Assembly (NCBI GenBank): GCA_964016885.1 | Contig: OZ024742.1 | Coordinates: 271,932,001 to 271,996,000, forward strand | Length of the DNA: 64,000 bases | Direction: 5' to 3' | Source of the DNA: Eledone cirrhosa | Taxonomy: Eukaryota | Part shown: positions 51,301 through 64,000 of the stretch, piece after piece | Numbering within the stretch: position 1 is the stretch's first letter | Layout: every line of letters begins with the position of its first letter | Made by a program: the position numbers and the translations under genes | Notes under the pieces: generated by a model | Seen by the model: only the letters and a program-made list of their open reading frames with translations | Database searches by the model: none | What the model was told of the DNA's origin: nothing

Positions 51301-51594
51301 GCACCAACACCCTTTATTCGCTCCTTAGGATTACTAAGGATTGAGCCTTTGCTTCCTGGCGTGTGGCAAAAGCAACGGCCTCGGCGGCATATTTCTTGCC
51401 TCGAGTGATATGCGTTTTCCGCTGCCACACTGATACTAAGGCTTTTTGTATTTGAGCCTCTGTAGCTCTTTCAACCCTACATGATTTTGTGCTTACTGTA
51501 CGGATTTCGAAAAATTCTTCGGCTGCCTTCCAGATTGCTCGCTGTCCTGTTTTCGACACCATCTTCCTTGCTTCTTGTAATTCTTCAATTGTTA
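48310..51594 (-). mobile_element. Tx1-clade LINE subfamily C, multiply deleted, 5'-truncated in ORF1
   Basis: ORF1 remnant EELQEARKMV..RVERATEAQIQKAL; APE, RT and zinc-finger remnants; 3' end CCCTTGTGGCCAATAAAGAAATC followed by (ATT)n. Confidence 0.9.
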
Positions 51595-51600
51595 TAATAA

Positions 51601-54600
51601 GACGTGAAATGGATGGAAATAAGTTGGCAAATGTAAGGAGGTATATCTTCAGAAATGATAGACTCACAGACACTGAACTAACTGCGATCAAGCAGGCTGT
51701 GAAGATTGTAACCAGTCATAAGTCATTACTGAAAGACCTCCATCCTACCAAATCACAAATAGGTTTGTAGAAATGAGAAGCCATATTGAACCCGCTGGAA
51801 ATAGCCAGGAAAGAGACTTAGAAACAGTAATTAAAAACCAAACATCTGCTGAAGAACACAGGGAGACTATGAAGGAATTAAAGCAAATAATACTGAATGA
51901 GATTGCAGTAGTAAGACATTCTATTATAAATGGTAGAGAACCACTTCAAAAACTCCCAAATACAATCCAAAATAGAAAACAAATAATGATTGGTAATTCT
52001 GTGACCAAAGAAATCATAGAAGAACTAGAAGCTGATCTTACTGAGTTAAATGAAATCATTTATGCATGTGCTAGCGTAATTGAAAGAAGATGTTTACCAC
52101 CGAGAAAACAAAAAGAAGTCGAACCTTCGAGGTAAACCAATTTGGAGGAGTAGAATCGAAAGGGAGATTGACGTAATGAGAGGAGAAATATCTTTATTGA
52201 GTGAGTTAACCCCTGGAAATGATATAATATCGGAGAAGGTAAGAAAACTAAAGAGAAAATAAGGACTGTCTTCTAGAGAAGCAATTGTTTCAACAAAAGA
52301 ATCTCTGAAACAGAAAGTCCAAGTAAAAGCCCAGAAAACTCGTAGATTCGAGAAGCGAAACAACTTCTATGAGCAAAATAAGTTGTTCTCATCCAATGCC
52401 AAGTCATTTTATATAGAAGTAGGGAAGAAAAAAATAATAATTGAAGATCCCCCGTCCATAGAAGAAGTTGAAAACTTCTGGAGTAAGATTTGGAGTGATG
52501 AGAAAACATATAATGCTAATGTAGATAGGATTAGTCGCCGGGAAAAATCTTACACAAATTTAGAAGAACAGGCGTGGGAAGACATCTCTATAGCGGACTT
52601 AAGAAGAGCACTCATTAATTCTCATGAATGGAAATCTCCTGGTAGAGAAAAGGGTGCCACATTTCTGGTTTTTCTCACTCCCGTGCAGACACAATATATT
52701 GGTCAAGCTGTTTAATAGAATTATGAAAGATCGAAAAAATACACCTGATTGGATAGCAAGTGGCATTACCTAGCTTCTACCAAAGAACAACGAAACCAAA
52801 GATTCCAAAAAAGCTTCCTGAAACAGAATATGTCATTATGGAACAAATCTCCAATTGTCTCATTCCACTGGGGTACTCCGCTCTAGGAATATAATCATCA
52901 ACTGTGGTATATTACAGGGTCACTCTCATTCACCCTTGCTTTTCTGCATAGCTTTAATACCCCTTACACCCGAGCTTAATAGAACAGGGTACGGTTATAG
53001 AATTGACAACAAAAAAATAAGCTATCTAATATATATGGATGATTTGAAGCTATATTGCAAAGATAATGACGAACTGGAAGGCATTTTGGGGACAGTAAAA
53101 ACATTTAGTGATGACATCAGGATGGAGTTTGGACTTGACAAGTGTGCAAAAGCCACTTTCAAAAAAGGCAAGCTTGTCAACTCAGACTGAGTTGAACTGG
53201 ATGCTGAAACAATCATAAAGGAGCTTGAGCAGGCACAAACCTATACATACTTAGGGATCAATAAGGGCCCTGGCATACAACATGCAAGTATGAAAGAGAG
53301 GATCAGGAAAGAATGTTACAGGAGAGTACGTGGAGTTCTGAGATCAGAACTAAATGTGCGTAACAAGGTGTTAACCACAAATTCCTTGGCATTCTCAGTT
53401 GCACTTATAGATTCGGTGTGTCGAATTGGAATATGAGTGAAATCAAAATAATAGACACCAAAGTCCTATAATAGGATGCACCACCCAAACGCAGATGTGA
53501 ATCGTCTTTACCTTGCCAGAACTCAAGGAGGCCATGGCCTGATCAATTTGAACTTGCTTATAAGACCACCATCATTGGACTGGCCAAATACCTTGAAACA
53601 ATTTACGACAGTATGCTGAAACTTGTTGAAAACCATGGGAGAAGTAAGAAGCTTAATTCTATCTTGAAGGTGAGCAAATAATATGCTACTGATCTCATGC
53701 TTGATACCCAGGCAGAAAGACTAAAAAACTGTTGCAACTGATGCTGCTAGGCACATGAAATCACTGGCAAATGCAAAAGGACAAGGACAACTATCATCAA
53801 ATTGGGAGCAGAGACCTCTGGATGGCAAATATGTGTTAGTTGCAAACAAGCTGATGTTGACCAAAACCACACATATGAGTGGCTACGTAGTTCAGGGATA
53901 AAGGTGGAGAGTGAAGGCTTCATCTTAGCTTCCAAGATCAAATCTTATTGACGCGTAATTACCAGGCCAATGTGATGAGAAAGTGCCAATTCAGCAATGC
54001 TGGGGTTGAAACAATGGACCACTTAGTCTCTGGATGTATAGTTTTACCACCAGTAGAATACAAATATAGACATGACAGAGTTGGCCAATATATTGACTGG
54101 GTAATATGTCGGCATTACGACATCAAAGCTGAAGACAAGTGGTACAATCATCACCCTGACGCTGTAACTGAAGGAGAACATGTAACAATTCTCTGGGACT
54201 TTCCTGTAAATACTAACAGGACCATAAAAGCAAATAGAGCTGAATTCATTATAAAAGATCAACATAACAAGGTCTGTTAGTTGATAGATATGAGCATCCC
54301 ATGTGATCACAATATCGCGGCAAAAGTATTTGAAAAACTACGAAAATATAAAGATCTGCTTATTGAAATTGAGTTAATGTGGCACCTCAAGGCCGTTACA
54401 AAACGAGTGATTGTGGGAGGACTGGGAATGATCAAGAAAGGAACAGAACAATATTTGCGAATGATTCCTGGTTTATCATCTCTGCACGAGGTGCAAAAAA
54501 TTGTTTTGGCTGGTACTGCAAACGTATTAAGAAGAGAACTATCTCTGTAAAATTGATATCCCTCTTTGTATTTAAATATGCATATGCACATGTGTATATA

Positions 54601-54729
54601 TGTATACTTTTTTTTCTTGTTTTAATTAGAATCAATGTCCTGTATTAACTGGCTTACCAATGCACACTGTGAATATCATTTGCCCTAGGTGTCAGGAAGA
54701 CACTCGTCATATATCTCAGAAACAATAAT
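51601..54729 (+). mobile_element. Dong/R4 LINE subfamily C, 5'-truncated and degenerate
   Basis: NKLANVRRYI (compare Dong-A NKLANIRRNI), WKSPG, GILQGHSHSPLLF, YMDDLKL, RHD, KLRKYKDL; ends CAGAAACAATAAT. Confidence 0.9.
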
Positions 54730-54977
54730 TCTTACCTTCTTGATATGCTTGTAAACCTATGTTATTTTATGTGACGCCTTTGCCATGCAGTAATTATACA
54801 TGCCTAGTACCATTGCTTGTTTCCTTCTTGTATATGCCTAACACATTTTCACTCTCCATACGTTTGCATATGTACTGCTAGTGTCCTATTTTTACGAGTA
54901 ACTTTCTACCTTAATGCCTCTTTAATTATTAAACTATTAACTTGTAACCTCCGTCGCATGCATTCCACTCTGTGCCC

Positions 54978-55225
54978 CTTTAATTTTTAATTTTTAATTT
55001 TTAATTTTTAATTTTTAATTTTTAATTTTTAATTTTTAATTTTTAATTTTTAATTTTTAATTTTTAATTTTTAATTTTTAATTTTTAATTTTTAATTTTT
55101 AATTTTTAAATTTTAATTTTTAATGTTTAATTTTTAATTTTTAATTTTTAATTTTTAATTTTTAATTTTTAATTTTTAATTTTTAATTTTTAATTTTTAA
55201 TTTTTAATTTTTAATTTTTAATTTT
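54978..55225. repeat. (TTTTTAA)n heptamer array
   Basis: About 35 near-perfect units. Confidence 0.95.
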
Positions 55226-55588
55226 TCTTTTTAACTATTGTAATCTCTGTCACATCCATTCCATTCTGTAAATACAAAACTGTTAATATCCATGTATCTA
55301 TATGATCGTTCACTTGAATATGAGGTTAATTATATGTACACACATTGCTAGTGCTCCGATGCTCTCAAACGAAAGTTTGGAAGAAACAATTGTCAGCAAT
55401 AAAATGATTTCAACATAGCTTTGATTATTGTGTAATTTATATTCCTGCTCTCTAAAACATCTGATGTATTTACATTGAGCTATGTTTCCTACTGGTAATA
55501 AAGTAGTAATGAATTACTGACATTTCCTGTTTATAGTTGTATATATTGTATACATAACTATAAATAATATGATTATTATTATATATAC

Positions 55589-55671
<83 letters not shown>

Positions 55672-55675
55672 CATT

Positions 55676-55953
55676 TATTAAAATAACAGATTAAAGTTTA
55701 ATCAAAGAATCGCTGCTTTCACCCTTAACCGGATCTTCTGAAACTAAGAAAATCAATCCGTGAACGCAGAAGTGAATATTTCGAAAACCTTTGTAACCGA
55801 AGGAAGACAGGATGACGATACTTTGGTTCGAGGAGACGTTCCCAGGCAATGAATGGAAAAAACGAAGATAATACGTCATTATGTGGAACGGAGAACAATT
55901 ACACGCAAATACAAAACCACGCTAATGGTATAAATAATGTCGTAGACTAAAAT
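55676..55953 (+). repeat. Copy of the TATTAAAATAACAG interspersed repeat
   Basis: Aligns with 28718-28995; begins at a (TA)n tract. Confidence 0.8.
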
Positions 55954-56210
55954 CCTATTTAGGAAACCGAATGATTCTCGGCTTCAGAGTTAAGAATAAT
56001 GTAAATAAATTACAGAGGTTACTGAAATGAACAGTAATTAAATATATACATGCATGCATCCATATTCGTACATTCACATGCATACGCGAAAACATCTGCC
56101 CTGGATATGCAAATACAAGCTCGTACATAAAAACACTCGCACAAATACAGAAACCAACACAACGACGATACCCGCACATATACGAACGTATACACTAAAT
56201 ATACATAAAT

Positions 56211-56290
<80 letters not shown>

Positions 56291-56459
56291 GCATACACAT
56301 AATTATATAAACGTATATAATTATACACACATAAATACGTATATAACGCGAGCACACGCACACCTACATACACATATGTTCGATAAACGTACGTCAACGA
56401 AAACGCAAAGTACACATATACACACACCCTACATACGTGCAATATATATATATATTATA

Positions 56460-57188
56460 GTTGGGACAGTAAACAAAAAACTACAACTTGGAATCAAAGA
56501 GGCAGTACAAAATCTTAATATTAGTTTCACGATGGTGAGCTGTGGGTGGGGGACGACGTTTCGGTTATAAGCTTTTCATTAGGAGAAAAGAGCGCAAGAA
56601 AAGAGTTCCGAGGGCGTGAGGGGGAGTGGTGGAAGGACATTAAAAAGGATGGGAGAGAAAAGGCAGCAAAAAAACATTATTTAGAGAGTAAAAAATGTAA
56701 AAATGAAACAAGTGGTGAAAGGGTGTGAGGCGTGTAGGGGTGGTGATGGGTGTAGGTGGGTGTAGAGGGGAGAGAGAGATGTGGGGTCCGCGCAAGGAGG
56801 GCTACATGTGGTGTGTGTGTGTGTGGATGTGAATGTGAGAGTTGGGGGAAGAACGAGGTTCCATGTTCGGGTAATAGGGAAAGCGATGTTTACATGGGGT
56901 GTAAATCGCTGCGTGTGGATGGAGAGGAGTCAGAGGGGGTGAGGGAGATGGGGCGTGTGGAGTTCGGAGGCTGAGTGTGTGCAGCTGAGGATACACACGT
57001 GTGTGTGTTTTTGTGTGTTGTGGATGTATGGTTGCGTGTTGCGAAAGTAGTCTAAGTGTTTGTGTGTGTGTGTGTGTATGTTCCTGGAGGTTATTCCACG
57101 GACATTAGGACCGGATGTTGAAGATTCCTAGCGTGGCATATAGATATACATACAAATATATATATATATATGTGAATAAATATATATA

Positions 57189-57236
<48 letters not shown>

Positions 57237-59570
57237 AATGTGTGTGCTTGTGTGTGTAGTGGTGTGTGTATGTGTGTGTGAGTGTGTGTGTTTGTGTATA
57301 TATATATGTGGGAAAGTTAAAAAAACACAACACAGAAGTAAAATTTACGAAATGTATTAGAATCACGCTTATTTAGAGTGAGGGTTGTGGTTGCGACGTT
57401 TCGAGCATAAGCCCTTCATCGGGAGAGCGGTGGGAAGGAGGAGGTGGTGGAGGAAGTGAAAACAAATAAAAATAACACATGAGTTGGAAAATAAAAGCTG
57501 AAGACAAGTGGTGAAAAGAGGTGAATTATGTAGATGAGGTAGGTGGACGGATTGGAGGGGGGGGGTGAGAGGAAAACGACAAACGGGGTCCGAGTGGGGA
57601 GAGAAGAAGGTGGGGTGTGACAGTGTGTAGGTGAACGTGTGTGTGTTATGCATGGATGTAAGCGTGGGAGTCCGAGGGAGGGCGAGGTTGCATGCTTGGC
57701 TGTTGGAAAAGCATTGTGTACGTTGGGGGAGGGGTAGATATGTGTGTGTGCGTGCGTGCGGATGGGGTGGGGAGAGCGTACAGAATCCGGAGGCGGAGCG
57801 GGTGTTTATGAGGATATACACGTGTGTGTGTGCGTTTATGTGTGGTGTGGATGTATGGGAATGTATGGTTGCGTGTGTGCGAAAATGGTGTAAGTGTTTG
57901 TGGGGTAGGGAGGTGCATACGAGGGGGTGGTGGAGGTGACGCGCGCATTTGATGGAGGAGAGGGTGGTAGTGGGAAGATGGGAGAGATGGAGGGGTCGGA
58001 CTGGAGGCGTTGGTGGAGGATGGATCGTTGGAGGGGTAGGTAGGCGGTGTGGTAGGTGAGTGGGAAGGAGATACGTGAGGGACGTGGACGTGAGTTGAGG
58101 GTGGTGAATCGGCGGACACGCAGGCGCAGGTGAGGGAGGTATGAACTAGTGAAGAGGGGGCTGGTAACCCCTCAAGGTGAAATGGCTCACCGGCGAAAGA
58201 GCCTGGCTCTCAAAGTCAGCATCTCGGCTGCAGAAACGGCGGATGCGGAGGAGTTGGGAGTAAGGAATGGAGTGTTTGGTGTCTGTAAGGTGGGAGGATA
58301 TGAATTCGAGGTACGAATGGAAGTCGGTGTGTTTAAAGAAATCGGAGGTGATGAGGGAGTGGTGGGAGGTGTCTATGGTGACGGAGATGTCTAAGATGAA
58401 GACATGGGTGGTGGAGATAGAGGTGGTGAAGTGGAGGGGGGGGGGTCAAGGAGCAGAAGGAGGAGAGAAAGGAGTCAAGCTGTTCTCGCCTGAGCGTCTT
58501 GGCCCCGATGCTGTCGTCAACGTACCGACCGTACAGCTCGGGCGTTGGGCCGGTCTATTGTGCAAAGATTTGGGCCTCAAATGGCCAACGAAAAGTTTGG
58601 CATAGTTGGGGCCTATACTTGTGCCCATGTCTACCCCAGTGACCTGTTGGTAAAATTCACATGAGAAGGAGAAGCAGTTAAGTGTGAGAACCAGCTCCGC
58701 AAGGCGGAGGGAGTGATGGTGTAGGGAACGGAGAAGGGGCGAAAGTCGATGTATTGCCGGAGGGCACGTAGGCCTTCGACGTGGTGGATGATGGTGTGTA
58801 AGGGACTTAATGTCAATAGTGAAGGAGGGCGTAGGGAAGGGGAATGAGTCAAAAAGGCGAAGGGCTTGGTTTATGTCGGATAAGTGGGGGGGAGGGGGGA
58901 GTCAAGATAGTCGGAGATGAATTCGTTGGGGCAGTTGCAGGTGGAGACGATGGGGCGGCCGGAGTTGTCGGGTTTGTGGAGTTTGGGTAGGAAATAGATG
59001 GTGAGGATCCGGTGGGAAGTAAGAGGGAGGAGGGGAAGGTGTTGTGGTCGTGGTGAGTTAGTCGGGGGTTTGACGGATCTCAGTTAAGGTGATGGGGAAG
59101 GAGTGAGTGAAGCTTCTAGGCTTTGGTGGAGGTGAGGAAGGAGAAGAGATCGTGTTTGAGGTTATGGATGAAGAGGATGGGCGAGAAGGGGCTGACCTGT
59201 GGAGTGGAGGCGGAGGAGGGTGGGGGAGTTTGCGGTCGTGGTTGCGGATGTTGGAGACGGATGAGCGGAGAGAGGCACGTAAGAGGAGACGCGGGGTGCG
59301 TGTGAGAATGTCTTTTGAGGAGGGTGAAGTCAGGGGGGGGGGATACGGAAGCCGTGTGGAATGAGGTGGAAGTGGTGGCAGCGGCTGGGGAAATGGGTGT
59401 CACTGGAATGCCGGGTCTTAGCGAAGAGGAGGTAGGAGCGTTGGAGAGAATGAGGGTGTTGTAATGGAACATAACTCCCCACCAAAGTACTCAATACTTA
59501 GGGTATTAGAGTGGGTAGTAGGAAAGGAGTCAGGGCTCCGACGGCTTATCTCCGGCCGTTTCGACAGCTA
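56460..59570 (-). mobile_element. Penelope-like element: degenerate RT plus two tandem diverged terminal repeats
   Basis: Minus strand reads IYFLPKLHKPDNSGRPIVSTCNCP, MGTSIGPNYAKLF, GRYVDD and SIPYSQLLRIRRFCS; related repeats at ~56460-57065 and ~57365-57905. Confidence 0.85.
57390..57428 (-). ncRNA. Minimal hammerhead motif in the PLE terminal repeat
   Basis: CCGATGA-AGGGC-TTAT-GCTC-GAAACGTC (U4 changed to C); degenerate homologues at ~56552-56585 and ~25153-25185. Confidence 0.65.
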
Positions 59571-59604
59571 GATCCGTAGGAATTATATGGGAATTATGTA
59601 TATA

Positions 59605-60693
59605 CTAGCAGCAGTACCCAGCGTTGCCTGGGTATGTAAAATAATATCTGCTTTGATAAAAAGGTGTTGATCTTAGCGACTGCTTCTCAATGACTCATCT
59701 ATGGCCACACACAGGCCATGCGGGGTAGGGTGGTGATGACCTCTATCACTCAGAACGCGGGCGACTGACGAAGGGGCATGCTGGGGGGGGGGGGGAGGTA
59801 ATGACCTCTAACTCTAAGCCAAATTTCCTCACGCTACTTGGATTGGAAACCGATGAATTCTAAAATACACAACTAAAAGCTCAGACGACGTCAGTGGCCA
59901 TTGTATTGCCTTTGACCATCTATAAGATGTGCAATTATAGGTTCAATCGTAGTTTAAATGTTGAACCAAATAAATTGATTGATGTGTGAGGTGGAGCCGA
60001 AGTTTAGAATTTGAACGAAATCGGTTGAAAATGTGGGAGCGAGAGACGAAAAGGCGAACATTTTAGCGAAAAGGTGGTACTTTCGAATATTTAAGCGGCT
60101 GCCACGCCGTTCCTGAATAAAAAGTCCGAAGTGTAAAGCCACTTTAAGACGTGAAATAATCAGATCTAGCGTAATGTAAAATTTGAATAAAGTAGGTTGA
60201 TTAATGTGGGAGCTTGAGCCGAAAAAGTGGAAATTTGAGTCTAAAAGTGGTATTTTTGAATATTTAAGCAGCTGCCTCGCCGTCTCTGAACAACAAATTC
60301 AAAAGATAAAACAACGTCAGGATGTGCAATGATAAATTCTATCTTGCTTTAAAATTTGAACGAAATCGGTGGCAAAATGTGGGAGCTAGTGCTAAAAATC
60401 TTATTTTTCGACACCTAAAAAGAGATGATCCCCCCACCCACCACCACCACTTTCATTTGTTGTTCAGCGACGGCGTGGCAGCTGCTTAAATATTCAAAAA
60501 TATCACTTTTAGACTCAAATTTTTTATGTGCAGAATGAGCCGGTAAAAAAAACCACATGCTGATATATAGAAAACACTGCCGGATGACGAATCTATGAGC
60601 CTGTAAAGTTTCATGAAAATTGGTCGTAAGATGTAGGCCCTATACGTAATACACAGACACACACACACATACTTAGTTTTATATATATACAGA
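59605..60693 (-). mobile_element. Non-autonomous Helitron
   Basis: Minus strand A|TCTGTATATATATAAAA ... hairpin ACCCAGGCAACGCTGGGT ... CTAG|T; internal ~175-bp subrepeats. Confidence 0.75.
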
Positions 60694-61715
60694 TAATGTA
60701 GAATATTATTTTCGGTGACCTCTACACAACAGGCTTTTTTGTTGTTGCCGTCGTCATTGCGACAGGTTCATTACTGTTGTTTTTGATGTTGGTAGTGTTG
60801 CCGTTGCATTGCCTCACATGCACACGCTGCCACTAGCTCGGTATTAATACGACTACAACTGCCATGACCTGTGTTGGGCGATGGGGCAGTATTTCTGTTG
60901 TTGCCGTTGTTGTCGGTGTAGTTGCTAGGTCTTGAATAAGGCTGTCATAAAGTGTCCATATCGCCATACATCAGATTTCCTTTTATTGCTGTTGTCATCG
61001 TTGTTGTTACCTGAGTATTTCTATCGCTGCGGTGGGACCCCATTTGCTCACCATACGGAGATATGGGGAGGGCGAGAGAGATGGAGGCGATGAAAGTGGG
61101 AGTTCGGCTGTTATTTTATGTTTACTTAGGTTACTATTTTCTATTCTATATAGTCACAGCCAATGTAGGCGTAGTTAGTCTGTGTTTGCTGTTGTTTTCA
61201 TTGTTTTTGTTGTTCTTGTTATTTTTGTTGTTGTTGCTGTTGTTGTTGTTTTAGCTGCTGTTTTGAACATGGCTGTCATCAAAATGTATACCTCACGCTC
61301 CCTCAGTGATCCGTTTTATTGCTTCCACTATCTGCGTGATTCTAGCTAAACATAGACTATCATTTTGTACAGGCCAACACAGCACACTTCGGGCATTAAC
61401 CTTTTGTTGATTTACTACCCTAATTCCTTCATGTGTCGAATCCTGATTTTGCAAATTGACACATAGATAGCACATTACTCCAGTAAACACAGCGGCTGGG
61501 AAACCCATTTAGGTACTCATATATCTGCCGCACGCACGAGTAGAAGGACATGTTTTCCGTGCCGGCGGCATATCACAGAATCGAATTTCACCTGAGGATA
61601 CCGTTCTCATAACAACAACAAATTAATGAATTACATCTTGATTGCATGGGAGAACCATTAAAATAATTATAATGAATAAACGATTTAACATAAGCATCTT
61701 TCTTAATGTTATTAT

Positions 61716-61897
61716 GCGGTGGATTGGCAGTATTGGTAGAGGGTCGGACGCCATGCTTTCCAGCATAGTTAAGTCCCTTTACGATCTGGTTTCAAATCCC
61801 GCCGAGGTTGACTTTGCCTTTCATCCTTGCGGGGTCGATAAAATAAAGTACCAGTAATCACTGGATAATTGCTGGCCTTGTGCCTAAAGCAGAAAAA
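61716..61897 (+). mobile_element. tRNA-type SINE
   Basis: Same family as 1587-1766. Confidence 0.9.
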
Positions 61898-62107
61898 ATT
61901 ATATATATACTTATTACGTTTCTACATTGTTAGAGGAATATCAGACACAATATTAATCTAGTACCTAAGTAGAGCTAAAGAAATGTTCGTCGTTTGTAGT
62001 CCAGGTAAGATTTGTGTGCATTATGAATCGGCTCTGAGATAATGAGAGATGAATCAAACACGGAGGGTAATTGTCAATCCAAAGGAAGGAGAGTGAAAAT
62101 AAATAAT

Positions 62108-62291
62108 TGATTTTACTTTTGGCACAAGACCAGCAAATATCCCAGCTCATTTCTGGTACATTAATATGTCGATCCCATAAAGATGAAAGGCAAAGTTAAC
62201 ATCGGCTGGATTTGAACTCAGACCGTAAAGGGACGTGATTCTTTGCTGGAAAGCATGGCGTCCGACTTCTACCGATACTGCCAATTCACCG
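62108..62291 (-). mobile_element. tRNA-type SINE with TSD
   Basis: Same family; TGAAAATAAATAAT on both sides, which reads ATTATT... on the SINE sense strand. Confidence 0.85.
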
Positions 62292-62939
62292 AATGAAAAT
62301 AAATAATAGAAATGATCTTGTCTAAAGCACTTAAGATAATGCCAGCTATTCACTTTTCTGCATACTGATACAAACTAATAGAGATATCCAGGGAATATCA
62401 ATTCTATACGTTTTAGAGCCATTTACTGATAATATAAACAGAAACAAATACTTCTTTCACAAATACATTGCACTACAAACCGCTATAAATCGTCTTTTTA
62501 GATAAGATTCCCAGCAAATTTGCTTCGACATCGTCATCAGTTTTTATTGTGTGCGTAATGTAGGGTTAATATAAAAACTAAACACTAGCAGCAAATGACA
62601 TTTGATAATGTATGGAAAGGAGATGAAACGTCTCTTATTATGGCAATTTATATGAAACGCTGTCCAATATACGGAAGTAATTACATTTTCTAAAATATAA
62701 TAAGTTTTGTCATCATAAAATAACAAGTTAGCTTAAATTCAGTGTGAGTTGAATGAAATATATGACAAAAATATGTGTGGCAAAATCATAAGCTATAATA
62801 TATGCTGATTAAATATTTCATATTCCCTGCAACAACGTAAAATGTCCTTTGTATGTATTTGAATTGAAGAAAATGATCTTATAATTTCCTCGTTTACGCA
62901 TGCATCCACCATACCTATTTATATTTATATCTATCACTC

Positions 62940-64000
62940 AACTGTTCGAGTGGGGCGGCGCGCCGGGAAGGGCTATGGATTTCGGTCTATACCTCGAAGG
63001 CCTACCGCAACTCTCAGACAGCGAGGCAAAGTTCTGCGAAAAGCCGATTTCAGCCGCTGAGATAGGGGACTCGCTGAGCCAATGCGGCAAACGCAAATCT
63101 CCAGGTCTCGATGGTCTACCCTACGAATTTTACGTAGTAATGCCGGACTTATTCTCCGGTCTCCTGGAAGCGGTCTACTGCAACTGGCAACAGAACAGGA
63201 GAATTCCCAGTTCTGTGACCAGGGGCGTAGTCACACTAGTCAGGAAGGACGATAATAAGGGGGATGACATAGGCAACTTCTGGCCCATAACTCTGCTAAA
63301 CACAGAGTTACAGATTTTGCCCAAGGTGTTGGCAAAGAGGCTGGCGCTTGTTGTCGGGAACCTGGTGGGAGAAGTGCAGACATGCGCAATCCCGACCAGG
63401 TCGATACACGGCAACATCCACCTCATGCGATACATTATAGAGAGGGTAGGGTGTAAACCCGTCTTCGGTGGGGCCCTGATCAACTTGGATCAGTCTGAGG
63501 CTTTCGATAGGGTTGACCATCGTTACCTGGATGCGGTGCTCGAGGCGACAGGCTTCGGACACGTCTTCAGGGGTTGGAGTGTTGCAATGCACAACAGGAA
63601 CATCTGCTCAAGGGTCAAGGTGAACGGTTAACTCTCAGAGCCGTTCTATTACGCGATCCATTCGACAGGGATGCCCTCTCTCCTCCATTCTGTACGTACT
63701 GACTCTCGAGCCACTACTGCAGAAGTTGACTGTATTGCAGGGCATCCCTCTGGAACCGGGACTGCGGAAAGCGGCGTAGGCCTACGCCGACGACGTAAAA
63801 GTAATGGTGTCGACCGCCTCGCAAATCGAGGAAGACGGCATCTTACTGAAGGAATACGAATGTTTCACAGGAGCGAAGCTGAACCGGGACAAGTCCATCG
63901 GTTTGCAACTCGAATCGTGGACAGGCAAACCGATGCCTTCCGATGGCGTCGTCGGACGCTGGACGGAAGGACCGGTAAAGCTGCTCGGGGCCTGGTTTGG
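62940..64000 (+). mobile_element. Tx1-clade LINE RT region, 5'-truncated (runs off the window)
   Basis: ORF 62900-63631 has KSPGLDGLPYEFY, NFWPITLLN and LDQSEAFDRVDH; downstream RQGCPLSP and YADDV. Confidence 0.9.

Noticed and set aside
54978-55225. Telomere-like or CRISPR-like array
   Set aside because: A simple heptamer microsatellite with no spacers and no G-rich strand; nothing in the window is prokaryotic.

Overview
This is AT-rich, microsatellite-rich eukaryotic DNA; the repeat inventory suggests an invertebrate, probably a cephalopod such as Octopus (inference). No host protein-coding gene is recognisable. The window is almost all decayed transposons: Tx1/L1-clade (APE) LINEs, Dong/R4-clade (restriction-like endonuclease, RLE) LINEs, RTE and CRE fragments, Penelope-like elements (PLEs) with hammerhead-ribozyme motifs, Helitrons, one tRNA-type SINE family, and TA/CA/TAA/TTTTTAA microsatellites. 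The main signal is that two unrelated LINE clades both sit in (TAA)n with strictly opposite polarity: the Tx1 sense strand runs into (TTA)n and the Dong sense strand into (TAA)n. They build head-to-head and tail-to-tail arrays at 7.8-18.4 kb and in an unbroken ~24 kb block at 30.8-54.7 kb. A SINE with a Tx1-like 3' end inserts at ATTATT with Tx1 polarity. The Dong 5' leader carries a frame-conserved ~57-aa upstream ORF and a pseudoknot-like fold before the main AUG. All alignments, translations and folds were done by eye; element boundaries are approximate to a few nucleotides.
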